64,000 bases of DNA from Caecitellus pseudoparvulus (taxonomy: Eukaryota; Protista; Bigyra: Bicosoecida): contig CBFFRQ010000056.1 of assembly GCA_965644315.1 (NCBI GenBank), forward strand, positions 248,001-312,000. The letters are read 5' to 3'. Of this stretch, positions 34,501 to 46,300 are shown piece after piece. Each line of letters begins with the position of its first letter. The first letter of the stretch is position 1. The translations under genes were made by a program, and so were the position numbers. Under the pieces are notes generated by a model. It did not search any database. It saw only the letters and a list, made by a program, of their open reading frames with translations, and was not told the DNA's origin.

Positions 34501-35628
34501 GCTGTCCAGAACTTCGCCAGCGCACTGGGGGGCACTGGCTCGCAGCCGCCCTCGACAGCCCAAGTGGCTGCCGCTGGCAACACCGCCGGCACATGGGACG
34601 CCATGCCACCGCAGGAAGCCCTATTCCTGCGCACTAGCGAGATGCGCGACCTGCCCCCGCCTGGGCACATGTTGGGTGACAAGGAGGGGGATGAGGGTGG
34701 CGTGGCGCAGGGTGCTGGCGCCCTCGCCGGCATGGCCCGCACGGCGCACGCAGTGGGCGTCAGGACAGCCACTTTTGTCGCCAACGGCGCCACCTTGAGC
34801 TCCACTGCCGACGGCACGTGCTCGTACGAGCCCGCCGCGTTCCTCCCCGTCGGCACGCTGTCAGGGGCTGCCTATGACCGCTTCGTCGTGGAGGAGTTCC
34901 TGCCCAAGCCCTTCAGAGCAGGCACCACTGCCCTGACAGTGTTGCTGGATGTCCAGGCATGCACGCTGACAGTGGCCAACGTGGGTGACACCATGGCCGT
35001 GCTGGCCAGACAGCAAGGGACAGTTGCCGAGGCGGTGGCGGTGGAGCACTCCCCTGCCTCAGAGGAAAGCCGCATCAACTCAGCTGGCGGCTGGGTGCAC
35101 CGTGAGAAGGAGATGTCCCTGGGCCGCTTGAGCAGCATGGACTTGTCAGACCCCTTCGTTGCTGCCCATGCCAAGCTGGAGGTGTCTTGGCACAGCATCT
35201 CCCGTGTGAACGGGGACTTGGGCGTGTCCCGCGCGCTGGGGGACCTGAACTTCAAGGGGCGGCGCAAAAACCTCGTGCCGTGGTACTTTCCAGCAGACAA
35301 GCAGGGCGACGGCCCCATCCAGTTCTCGGCAGACCTCGTCCTCGCCACGCCCGACGTCTGCCACGTGCAGTTGGTGGAGGGGGACGAATTCCTGCTCCTT
35401 GCCTGTGATGGCCTGTGGGAAGCCATGCCTGCAGGGGACGCAGTGGGTCTCGTGGCGCGGGTGCTGCAAGGCGATGCGACGGGCCCAGATGGGCCCATTG
35501 AAGCGACGCCATCCGCTGCCGCGCGGTACCTGGCCGAAATGGCCTTGAAGTTGGGCAGCTCCGACAACATCACGGTGCAGGTGGTGCTGCTGCCCACGGC
35601 GGTGCGCTTCCGGCCCCAGACTCCCTGA
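31525..35628 (+). CDS. PP2C/PPM phosphatase with N-terminal split PH domain. Introns 31635-31728, 31808-31908
   Basis: PP2C motifs GVRSRMEDAH, FAVFDGHAG, GTTA, VANVGD, RVNGDLGVSRALGD, LACDGLWE, GSSDNITV. PH-like elements VEGTLDVY...WISCFCRLKDMKLKLYE and YRFRARDEAAVRDWLFGL. Confidence 0.9.
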
Positions 35629-35770
35629 TGTCACAAAACACAATTCACCCGTTCTGGTGCAGGGCCGCTTGTTGTGAATGAGGGGGCTCGCTGAAGGGGT
35701 TGTGCGCTCGCCTGAACGTTGGACCACCTCTCCGCTCCCGACCGCCAGCCAAGCCTGCTACTGTCCAGCT

Positions 35771-38700
35771 ATGCAGGCAAGCGACCAAGAAACCGAAGAG
35801 GCGCTCCTGGCACAGATCGCGGCCATTAACCAGCGCCTTCAACAGTCAGGCGGTGAGGGTGCATCTCCGGTGAGCGCCCCTGGTCGGCCGCTGGGCGCCA
35901 GTCAAAGCGTTGAGGATGCAGCATCTGCGCACCTTCGGCATCCACCGAGACAGGGGCAGCAACGTGCCCTGGCGGTAGATGACAGTGATTTTTACCGTGG
36001 GTGGCCCCTGGAGGACACTCCCGTTGCCAGGGATGCTGCAGCCAACGTCCTGCACAGCACCAAGCAACACATCGGGCAGGCAATTTCCGCACATGCTCAA
36101 CGGGCGCGCTCCTCAACTGCGAGCCATGCCTCGGCTTCAAGCGGTGGCAGCAGCCAGCCCCACTCACGGCATTACTCTCCAAAGCCGCTGTCAACGCAAA
36201 CTGGCCCTGCCAGCCCACTCCGGCATGCCTGGCGCGATGCGACGTCTCCCAGTCACGCTGCACCCGTGCGCAGCTTGCACGATGAGTTTTCCTCGGACTC
36301 AGACTCCGATTCGGAAAACGTGGTGAAGCCACACATGACACCCCATCGTGACTCTAGCTCTGACTCCTCTGATAGCGACGACTCCTTCTGCCTTGCCAGT
36401 GGCGCAGTGCAGAGCTCGGCAGTGGGGGAGTCTGCAGCTGCATCCCTGCTGCGATTGACGCTGGCCGGGGCCACAGCAGTCGCTGCCGGGACGCCCCCCC
36501 AGACCGCCTCAGACTTGAACCTGCAACGCCATGTCTCGCCTGTCAAATCTTCCTGGGGCTCCCCTGCAACTGAAGCCAGCCCAGCGGTCGCCCCGTCGCC
36601 CGAGCCCCAACCCACCAGCAGCGCCAGGACTGCAGCCTCCAAGCCAGCGAGCCCCAGCAGTGCCCACGTGCGCCCACTGTCCCTTGGCTCGTGCGCTGAC
36701 AGCAACAGCTCCCCTCGCTCCCGCGGCTTCCTGTCTGTGTCCGACTTGTCCCCGCCCAAACCTGCGTCACGACCTCTCAAGCCGGCAGGCGCGGGCGGCA
36801 CGTTCGGCACCAGCAACCGGTTCCGAGCAGGTGCAGTGACTCCCGCACCCACGCGCCGGTCTCCAAAAGCCGTCAGCAAATCGGCTGCACAGAAGGCTGC
36901 GATGCAGCGCCTGTCCGGCACTGGTCGGCGCCGAGCAGCGCCAACGTCCGCCGTGCGGCAGGGGTCCGGCCGAGGTGGGCGGGGGCGGGGAGCGCGAGGC
37001 AGGGGAAGAGCACCCGCACGAAGGCGCCCGACCCGAGGTAGAGGCACTGGCTCCAGGGGCACAAGTGCGAGGGCCGGGCCAGATCAGCCGGCGGTGCCGA
37101 CCAGGACGGGCCCCGCTGCATCGACGCAGCGAGCCCACCCCCCAACCCGACCAGTGCAGGGGCCTAGTCCAGGTGCACAACCAGGTGCAACACCCCCTGC
37201 ACCACAAACCCTCAGTGCACCGAAGCACCGCGAATCCCCAGTGTCCACGCCCACGGCCAGCGCTGTGGCTACGGCCTTGCTGGATGTGAAGCGCAGAGCC
37301 GCAGCACTGCTGGAGGGGGCGGGGGTGGCACAGGGTTCCCCCGCACCGCCTGGCGCCTTGGACTTTGCCCGAGCAGTGGAAGGCCTGGAGACGTCCCTGC
37401 TCAACCCAGGCGTCATCTTGGCGCACCAGCGTCGGGTCAGTCCGCTCCACCAACCAGCCAGCCCGATGCATGGTGATGAGACAGAGGGTGCGCCCCAGGC
37501 ACGGGCAGCCCCCATGCCGGTCCCGCCCAGGCGTGGCAGAACCGGGCGCGACGCTTCGGAGGGGCGAACGGCTGGGGGGCAAGCTGGTGCTAGCCAGCCC
37601 GGTCCTCGCAGCCGCAATGCCAAGCCGCTGCCTGCCAAGTGGGCACGGCGCTTTGCCAGGCAGGGCTTGTCGCCGCCGCCTGCCTCCGCGGTGGAGGCAC
37701 AGCAGCACCAGCACGGCAGCCCACTTCCCCCTGCGTACGCCATCCCAGAAGGATCGACAACACCACCGCCGCCGGCCAGCCAGCCCCCCCCTGCTTCGCC
37801 GCCACACCTGGGAGACGTCCCAGCCAGTCTCCGCATGATGGTTTCCACGGTGCAAGGCCCCAGCAGCCCGCATGAGGATGCAAAGGAGCCCAGCCATGCC
37901 AGCACAAGCAGTTTACATACCAGTGCGCAGGCGCAGCTCGCTGAGCTTGAGCACACCACTGCCTCGGCAGCCTCCGCAAGCTCTGCCATTGCTCCGAAGC
38001 CCCACTCTGCGCTGGAAGTGTCCCCTGTTCGGCTGTCCCCAGCGTCAGGTGCTGACACGCCTGGTACCACTTCCCCAGTGGCTAGCGAGGCGAGTGCACC
38101 CGACATGACAAGCTCACCCCAGGCCAACCTGCAGTCCGCTCGAGTGCTGGCTGAGTTCCAAGGTGATCCAGCACAGCACCAAGTGGATTTGAGGGCTGAG
38201 GATGTTGGCGGAATGGTGATTGTGCTGCAGCCTCTGCCGTCAGGCTGGTGGTTCATCCAGCGTAGTGATGGTGCCGAGGGGTACGTCCCTGGATCGTACT
38301 TGCAAGAGTCAGCGCCCGCAGTGTCACCCAAGCAGGACGGGCTCGGTGGTGGCGAGGGCTCGTCTGAGCGCGGCAGCCCACTGCAGGACGAGTGGCTGCA
38401 CTTGACGCCAGCCCAGCCACGAATGCCGTCCTCCGCCATGCCTGGAGCTCATGGGCATGCCAGTGCACACGCAGCAGCAGCCCAAACTCCACTGGGCGTC
38501 ATGACAAACCACGCCATCGCGCCCGCTCTGGCTGCCGTTGCAGCCCTGGCGGGGGGCAACTCTCCCCGTGCGCGTGCCGCCGCCGAGACCCGGCAGCAAG
38601 AAGACAGCGATGAGGGGGCTGAGCCGTCCACTCCTCGATCTGCTGGAGGGGGCCATGGGCAGGGCTTGTCCCGCACGCCACGTGAAGGGGCGGGCCTTGC

Positions 38701-39307
38701 AGCGCGCGAAGCCCGGCTACCTCTCGGGGGGCTGAAGGGGGGGGGCACGGTGACGCGGGGCACGCAGGGCCCACACGACAGCCATGAGGGGCAAGAAACA
38801 GGGACAAGCAAGGGGGGAGAAGATGATGAGCAAGCAGAGGACGAGCCTGCACCCCCCCCGCACCCTCTTCTTCCGTCACCCGCTGCTGCTGCCGCCGCTG
38901 CAGCAGCGGGCATCGCGCTCCCCCCTTCGCCACAGGACAGCAAGACTGGACCGTCGCTTCGGGCAGTCGTCTCCCCACCTCCTGGTGCAGGCTTCACACT
39001 CCCTAGAGCAGCTCGGGGCCTGGTCAGGCCGCAACCTAGGCCGCTGAGACAGCAGCCACGTGGAGGCGCTGATGCCTTGCCTCCCCCACCTTCCATTGCC
39101 TTGGTGGCATCACCGCCTGTCATCCGCGGCATGCCTGCTGGGCCCCCCGCATCTCAGAGCGGTGTGTCGCGGTCCAGGCATGGAACCAACCCTCGACACC
39201 CTCCTGGCATTCCCCCAATTGCCGCTTCCTCAACCTCGACCCCAGTGCCAATGCCCAGGCAAGTCCCCGTGCCAGTGAGACGGCTGCACAAGTCCACTTT
39301 GCGCTAA
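35771..39307 (+). CDS. SH3-domain, proline-rich disordered protein
   Basis: Long ORF with ARVLAEFQGDPAQHQVDL...VIVLQPLPSGWWFIQRSDGAEGYVPGSYLQE, an SH3 pattern. Start placed at ATG 35771; the ORF is open from 35678. Confidence 0.75.
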   Translation: MQASDQETEEALLAQIAAINQRLQQSGGEGASPVSAPGRPLGASQSVEDAASAHLRHPPRQGQQRALAVDDSDFYRGWPLEDTPVARDAAANVLHSTKQHIGQAISAHAQRARSSTASHASASSGGSSQPHSRHYSPKPLSTQTGPASPLRHAWRDATSPSHAAPVRSLHDEFSSDSDSDSENVVKPHMTPHRDSSSDSSDSDDSFCLASGAVQSSAVGESAAASLLRLTLAGATAVAAGTPPQTASDLNLQRHVSPVKSSWGSPATEASPAVAPSPEPQPTSSARTAASKPASPSSAHVRPLSLGSCADSNSSPRSRGFLSVSDLSPPKPASRPLKPAGAGGTFGTSNRFRAGAVTPAPTRRSPKAVSKSAAQKAAMQRLSGTGRRRAAPTSAVRQGSGRGGRGRGARGRGRAPARRRPTRGRGTGSRGTSARAGPDQPAVPTRTGPAASTQRAHPPTRPVQGPSPGAQPGATPPAPQTLSAPKHRESPVSTPTASAVATALLDVKRRAAALLEGAGVAQGSPAPPGALDFARAVEGLETSLLNPGVILAHQRRVSPLHQPASPMHGDETEGAPQARAAPMPVPPRRGRTGRDASEGRTAGGQAGASQPGPRSRNAKPLPAKWARRFARQGLSPPPASAVEAQQHQHGSPLPPAYAIPEGSTTPPPPASQPPPASPPHLGDVPASLRMMVSTVQGPSSPHEDAKEPSHASTSSLHTSAQAQLAELEHTTASAASASSAIAPKPHSALEVSPVRLSPASGADTPGTTSPVASEASAPDMTSSPQANLQSARVLAEFQGDPAQHQVDLRAEDVGGMVIVLQPLPSGWWFIQRSDGAEGYVPGSYLQESAPAVSPKQDGLGGGEGSSERGSPLQDEWLHLTPAQPRMPSSAMPGAHGHASAHAAAAQTPLGVMTNHAIAPALAAVAALAGGNSPRARAAAETRQQEDSDEGAEPSTPRSAGGGHGQGLSRTPREGAGLAAREARLPLGGLKGGGTVTRGTQGPHDSHEGQETGTSKGGEDDEQAEDEPAPPPHPLLPSPAAAAAAAAAGIALPPSPQDSKTGPSLRAVVSPPPGAGFTLPRAARGLVRPQPRPLRQQPRGGADALPPPPSIALVASPPVIRGMPAGPPASQSGVSRSRHGTNPRHPPGIPPIAASSTSTPVPMPRQVPVPVRRLHKSTLR

Positions 39308-39455
39308 AACCCATGGTTCGAGTCCCCGGCTGTATCAGCTTCCCTCCTTGCGGCTCATATGCTTCCCTTCGCACGACAACGCGATCCACGCCAGGCTGCT
39401 TGGCGTGCTCTGCAATTTCCGCAAGCAACCGCGTCTGTTTCCACTTTTTCCAAGC

Positions 39456-42400
39456 ATGGATCCCTCCGCCGCACTTTCAGTGTTTCAATTCATCAGCACA
39501 CATAATGAAGATGTCCAGGTGAGCCTGCCTCTTCAGCTTCCGCAATTCCTGGCCGCGTAGTCTGCCACCTGGCGTTGCAACGCAGGTTGTGGTCGACGAA
39601 GAGCTAGGCAAGGCTTGGCACACACCGGCCCTCGTGAAGCAAGTGCTGGTGAGTGGACAGCCGCCGTCGTTCTCAAAGCTCTGTGGCAGCTCTTCGTGCT
39701 TCGCACCACAGGACGTCGTTGAGGGCTCTCGCGCATCGATGGACTGTGCCAAGATCGGGCATATAATTGGAGCTGGCCCGGCGGCAGTCCTGAAGGCGCT
39801 GCGCTGCGTCCTGGATAATGGACAGGCGCAAACACCTCTTCATAACGAGCTCATGGCACCCTTAGTGTCGACGGCGGCGAGACTGCAAGTGCAGCTGCTC
39901 CCGCCGTCCACTGTCGTGTCGGCAGTGGTGGAGGAAGCGCTGAGTGACTTGGCGGCGACTGCTCTCAGCGAATGCGGCAAGGTGTCCATCGCGAGCCTCG
40001 CAGAGAGCGTCCGCATGCCTGTCTCATGGACAGCATCCCGCATGCACGGACTCGCAGTCCCGCTCTCCGGCTGCCTCTGTGAAGTGGGTGGGCAGCAGCA
40101 TGTCGTGGCAGCCCAAGCAGCTGCGGAGCAGGTCAACTGCCTCCTCTCGCTGCTGCGCGCCGCAGAGGCAGAGGTTTCCGTGGCAGACTTAACGCCCAAG
40201 CTATGGATGCCCCATCATGAGGTCATGGAGCTCCTCCTCGCCCTGTGCCGGGAGCAGCCCGTTCCAGTGCAGCGGCAGGCCTGGCATACGGCCGTTGCCC
40301 AGCACACCGATGAAGCCAGCTTGCAGGGCACCTGGCAAGCCGATCACGCAGTATTTGTGCCAGCACATGTGCTGGAGAGTCGCCGCCAAACTGCCCTGGA
40401 CAGCCTGAGCGCAGACGGGTACCTGTCCGACACGCAAGCAGAGGATGTGGGCCTGTTGCAGTTCTTGGCAGGGTCCCCAGAAGGTGCGACGCCCGCAGGG
40501 CAAGGGCCCCCTCCGACTCTCAAGCTTCCCAGTGGCTTCCTTCTGCAGCAATGCCTTGCGCAGGCTGCGATGCTCGTCATTGCAGAGCTGGGGGATGAGG
40601 AGGGAACGTGCAGCTGGTGCGACGCCGGCTCAGCCTTGCCCAGCCGCCTGTCCTCCGACGACTTGGAGGTCGCTGCCAGTGCACTCGCGGCTGAAGTCGG
40701 CTCTGCTTCCCTTGCAAACGCACAGTTTGAGGGGCTGGAGTGTGCTGAGACAGCACCCGTGTGGATGGGCGGCGCCTTGTTCGCCAGCCCTGGGTGGGTC
40801 ACGGGTGCCCTTCAGTCTGTCCAACAAGCATCCAAGTTCTTGGCAGCAAATCAGCTGGCGATGTCAAGAGCAAACACTCTTCTCACCGAAGTCCAAGAAG
40901 CGCTTGCAATGGCCCTGGTCTCCCAAGCAGATCTTGATCGCGGAGTAGAAGCAGCTGACCAGGCCTGTGGCGAGGCTAAGCGGGCTGCCGCAGACGCCCA
41001 CGATCCAGCCTTTGATAGCTTTGTCTTGGTGGGACACGCAGAGGATGAGCCAGCAAAGGAGCAAGACATGCCCCTTGCGTCTGCTGACAACGAAGCCACC
41101 ATCCAGCGAGCAGAAGCAGCCTTGGCGACTGCCCAGCAAAGCGCAGCAGAAGGGGCCACCCTGATCAAGGAGCTGGAAGCAGCCCAGCAGTTTCTCAACG
41201 ACCCTGCTCTGTCGGGGGACGACTCAGAACTCCCGCCTTCTTTACAGGCTGTCGCCCAGGCTGCCAAGGAGCCTGCCCATGGCCCCGGTGGCATAGCTGA
41301 ACAGCTGCTTGCTGCTCTGCTGCAGGTTGACGATGCGTCCGCAACCTTGGACGCTGGGCACCCAGTAGCAGTCGTTGCGGCGCTGCGCCAAGTCTCCGCA
41401 CGGAGCTTGGTTGCGAGCCTGGCGGAGCGCGCGAGCGAGCGCCGAGCCGAGCCCTTCATGAACATGAGCTGGCAGCCACGTGCAGCTGGCATGAACTCCG
41501 CACTGTTCGCAGGACGAGGAGGGGAACCCGGGGAGCTCAGTGTTGCTTCGGCAGTGGTGGCAGCCTGTGCCGAGCATTTTGAGAACGCCGTGCGTTCTGG
41601 CCGTGCGCTGGTCTACGCTGCCGAGTGTGCGCCACGCAGCACGGGCGTGGCTCGACCAGCTCAAGACTTTTCAGACCTCGAAGCAGCTGCACTTGCCTCT
41701 GCACTGGCTTTGCTTGATGCAGCTCCAGTGTACGCTCGAGGGCTGTTTGCCCTGACACAAGGTGGGGAGGCCCCCCGTATCAGCCGCACACACTGGAGCT
41801 CTCAAAGCCCCGTTGCCGCCAAGTTGGCTCGGTGGCTTTATGCACAAGGCCTTTTCCCCACAGAGCAGGATGGGGAATCCGCATCGTCTTGTGCTGATGC
41901 TGTTGCGGGTGCACATGACGCTGTGCTTTCTCACGCAAGCAAGGCAACGGCTGCTGCGTGGATGCAAGCGTCGCTTGCAGCTGCAGGGGATGCGCTGCTT
42001 GTGCATGCTTTGGCATCGAATGTGCCGGCAACAGCCGAGCATCTGCATGCCGTGCTCGAGGGTCTCTGCGTACACCCATTGTTGGTAGGATGCACAGCGG
42101 ACGCCCCGTCGATGGGTCACGAACTGTTGCATGCGTACCTGCCCCCCTGCGCCACAACTCCAGCTGAGTCAAGCGGCACCCAGCGCCTCTTGACTGCAGA
42201 TGAACGAAGAGCGGTGCTAGCCTGGTTCATGGACTCATTTCGAGCCGGGCCGACTGCTCACATTGAGCCTGAGGACCAGCACGTGGCGGGAGCAAGTGCG
42301 GCAGGTGAGGAAGCTGAGCCGTCTGACCTGTCGGTATCCTCTCTGGGAACCGCAAGGGCTCCATTCCAAGGCGCCTTCCCTCTTCTCCTTCTTCAAGGCG

Positions 42401-43095
42401 CACTGAGAGCCTTAGAAGCCGCAACGTCTGATGCACAGAGCACGAGCATGCTCATTGGTTCGGCGTGTGCCTTGCTTGAAGTGGCCGTGGCCAGCGCCAT
42501 GCCCGCCCCGACTGTTGCCGCCGGGGCAGCAACCTCTCTGCCAGGTTCAGCCACGAAAAAAGCCGCAGCGTTGCCTGCCAGTGCTTGCCTTGAGTCTCTT
42601 CGTTCCTTGGGTCGTGATGTGGGTGCTAACTCCATCCCCAGGCGTGTGCGTGGCATGTGCTTGGCCGTGCTTCGCTCTGGGCAGGAGGCTCCCGAAGCTG
42701 CACGCAGGGAGGTGCTTCTCGCTGCTGCCAACCTGCAGACATCTTGGGACAAGCAGGTGAGGGACACGCTTGACAGCCCTTGCGTGCTGCTCCGTTGCCT
42801 CCCCAGCAAGCACAAGCCCCTGAAGCGCCTGCTCAAGGCCGAGCATGTACAAGCAGTGAAGCGCATTGCAGACAACAAGTCAGGGGCTTCTGGGAGTCAC
42901 GGCCTGGCTGCCCGAGTTGCTGCAGTTTTTCTGGGCAAGTCTGCGCGGGGCTGTCTAGGGACGCTTCCACTCCTGAACAGCCTGCTTGACGGTGAAGCTG
43001 GCAAGGCTTGTGGTGCCCTCTTGCTCTTGAGCAGTACGATGGTGCAGCAACAAAAGTGGGAAGCAGAGTTTGGCACAATCATGCAAGAGGAGTGA
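39456..43095 (+). CDS. UFL1: Divergent E3 UFM1-protein ligase 1. Introns 39519-39585, 39649-39711
   Basis: Collinear resemblance to UFL1 blocks: VVVDEELGKAWHTPALV (V.T.DGKEY.TP), LSECGKVSIASLAESVRMP (LQE.G.V.I.EL...Y.LP), AVFVPAHVLESRRQTALDSLSADGYLS (AVFVP.IY...Q...V.SFF.QNGY.E) and SWCDAGSALPSRLSSDDL. Confidence 0.7.
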
Positions 43096-43383
43096 CCACG
43101 CCTTGCTCAATTCACAACACTCGCGGACTCTCAAACTTGAAGTGTAGCCAAGCCACCCAAGGCAAAAAGTCGCCGTGAAGGGCTTCTAGCGCGGACCCGC
43201 TTGGCAGGTCCTGCGCCTGAGGTGCTGGATAGATCCAGTGCAGGGGTCGTCGCCCCGCAGCTAGAGAAGGGGAGCAATTTGCTCCAAGCTCCGTGGGAGC
43301 GTATATCGTCGTGCAAATAATAAGCCCAGCGCTTATCTCCGGGGTCCACTATTGCTGTGCAGGGGAGAGCTTGATCAGTTTTC

Positions 43384-46300
43384 ATGGATGTGAGTTTCAT
43401 GTCGCGGCGACCAAGCCAACCGCCAGGCAATCGTTGGGTCTGTCGCACTCAGAGAGGCTGCCGCCTCTACGCACCTCAGCTGATGCCCCTACGCACATCG
43501 TTGATTGGGCTGCTTTGCCTGCTTAGTCTTCAGAACCGCTGTGTCTGCCGAGCCCGCGAGCTGGCGTTTCGGACAGGCTCGCTCCACCACACTCCTCCCG
43601 CTGGCTCCACCTGCGCCTCGCAGCTCCTCTTGTCGCTGGAGGGCCCAGAAGCTCTTGATCGACTCAGGCAAGAGTTCTTTCGCCCCGAGTCTGAACGCTG
43701 GACACCCTTCATTGATGGTCAGCTCTTGCAGCTGCTTGCGAAGGGAGCTGGCCAAACCGCGAGCAAGGCTGCATCGGCTGTCCCACCCCCCCTACCGTCT
43801 GGCGCACCTGCAGCCGCTCGAAGTCGGATGGGGAACCTGAACTGTGTGGAGTTTGTCTTCGCCATGCTTGTCGCAATGCCTGCCAAGACCGTCGGCACAG
43901 ACCTGCCTTTTTCCCTCCTCATCGGCTTGGGGCAGTTAGCTAGGCATGAGCACAACAAACGGCGCATGATTCGGCGCAGACAGGCCAGCGCAGTTACTGG
44001 TGGTAGAAGTGACCTGCTGCTTGGCTTGCCTGGGTTTTCCTTCACTGAAGACAGCAGGAACGCAGACACCATCCCGCCGAATGCGCCTGCGCTGATGCGC
44101 CTGCTGTCCTTGTTGGATATGCAGTGCGCATCAGCGGCAGGTTCGCACAGCCAGCCAGCCCTCTCACACAACCCAGTGGATGCTTCCCCTGTGTTCCCTT
44201 CTCTTGATGATGTGGGGCGCAGCGAAGCAGCCTGGGGCGCTTTCTTGCGTGCCAGCTCGAAGCCGGCAGCGGAGCCGCACAGCGGTTTGGATACCCCGCA
44301 GCCGGTCCGCCCTCAAGGTAGAGTTGACGCCAACGACATTCAGTACCTTGCCAGAAGGCGGGAAAAGTTCAGGCGCGCGCGCTCCAGGCGAACAGCGGCC
44401 CTCATCGGCGAGCTGGTTGCTTTGTTCACTGAGATTGACAGCTCCGCCACCGGCTGCATTTCTTGGGAAGCCTTCACAGCATACCTCATTTCCGCGGAGA
44501 GCATGGTACAAGGCGGGCTAGACGACGCAAGCTCCGGCTCCAGTTCTATCCAGTACGCGACCAAGCCAGCATGGACGGATACAGTCACCCGAGGGGATGC
44601 GCTGCGGCGCACCGTGTGGGTTCCAGCAGCAAACGGCGGACGTGGTGAGCTTTGGACAGTCGAGGTGGGCGGTTCTAGGGTCAATGTCTTTGACGCGCGC
44701 ATGCGATCCTGCGGCGCCCTGGACGTAGACAACCTTCTGGTTGCTTCACCTGCCCTTGCGCAGCACATGCGGAGCACGCTGCATCCAGGAGAAGCTGCGT
44801 CCGTGGCGTTGGGCATGCGGGAAGGGGCCCTGAGGGCAGTCTTCACAGAAAGCATGCTTGCTGGCAGTGATGTGAAGGATGGATCAACTGCTGGCAAGGC
44901 CAAACCCAGCCCGGAGGCACCCAAGGCGCCGAAGAAGGCAGCTTCGCAGGCGAGCGTAGCATCCCTCGTTGGAACCCCTGAGGCAGATGCTCGCCTTGTG
45001 GTCATCACCTGCGTTGAGTACGTTGCGCCCATGAAAATGCTGGCGCTTGGTCACAATAGCTCCACAGTTTCCCTGTGGAAAGTGCCCGACTCGACGCCAC
45101 TGCTGGCCCTGGGCGGCAGCAGATCGGGCAAGTCCATGGCAGCAACCTCGGTGGGTGGGGGGGGGCACCGCGTTCCTTCGGACAGCTTGACGCCGTTTGC
45201 AGCACCGGTTGAGGTGCTCTCGTGCCCTTCTGTTCCCCACACGCTTGTGCACGGGTACGGGCTGTTGTATGCCTCCTTCTCAGCAGATGCAAGCGTGTGG
45301 GTGTGGCACCTCTCATCGAGACAGCTGATCCACCGCATCGTCTCCCACGATGACGTCATTACGGCGATGATCTTGGTGCCTACAAAGCCTGACAGGATTG
45401 CGGCCGATGCTGGCGTTGGAGCCATGCATGCGGGCGGTTCCTTGCCCATGGCATCAGGCGACGATGAGCACGACGAACCAAGGGACACGTCTACTGAGCT
45501 CCAGACTCCCGCCGATGACCTGAGCGCGGCACTGTCACAGGCTGAAGCGCGGGGTCGTGCCGGCAAGACGGCAAAAGCACGGGATGTGGCGCCTGGTTCG
45601 CCTCCCAGCACCCCAGCCCGGGCCCGCCAGTCCGGCAGCCACCTCACGCCTTCAGTGGCCCACCGGCAGCAAGGCAGCCAAAAACGAAGTTTTTCGTCCG
45701 GAGGCATCCCAGAAAGCTCCGCAGGAATATCTGTACTGCTTGGGACTGCGCAGGCACCCAGCAGAGCAGCAGGCGCACAAGATGCACTCTCGAGCAGTGC
45801 GGCGGCAGGAACCTTGGATGCCATTGCCCGGGGCGCGCTCATCACTGCCAGTATGGACCACACGATTGCCCTTCACAGTTTGGCCCCGCAGCCTCCACCT
45901 GAAGCAGCAGCGCTGGCAGCCGCGAGGCGCATGCAAGCTGTGCGAACTGAGGCAGGCAATTCTAAAGGCCGGGCTGTGGGGCCGTCAGGCGGAGGCCGCG
46001 TGGGCTCTGTGGGAATGCTCCCCCAGACCCCCCACGCGCGGGCCACGTACTCATCGTCCTCAATGCTCGGCGGTGTGAAGGGGGGTGACATTTCGAAAGG
46101 CGACTTCTCCGAGGATGGGCGTCTACCTGTGGGCACAGGGGGTGCATTTCTGGCGCGCTTGCCTGGACACCAGCGTGCGGTGAACACCCTCTGCTGGGTC
46201 TCCGGAGCCACCCCAGCAGGGGGCATTCTGCTATCTGCCGGGTACGACTTGGACATCTTGGCCTGGGATGTCGCGGCTTTCCGGCAATGCGGAGTGCTCA

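Noticed and set aside
39311-39335. GGTTCGAGTCC resembling a tRNA T-loop / Pol III B-box
   Set aside because: Flanks form only two T-stem pairs, and I can build no acceptor, D or anticodon arm.
43131-43448. 105-aa minus-strand ORF between UFL1 and the WD40 gene
   Set aside because: No motif, overlaps the next gene's start, and length is within chance expectation.
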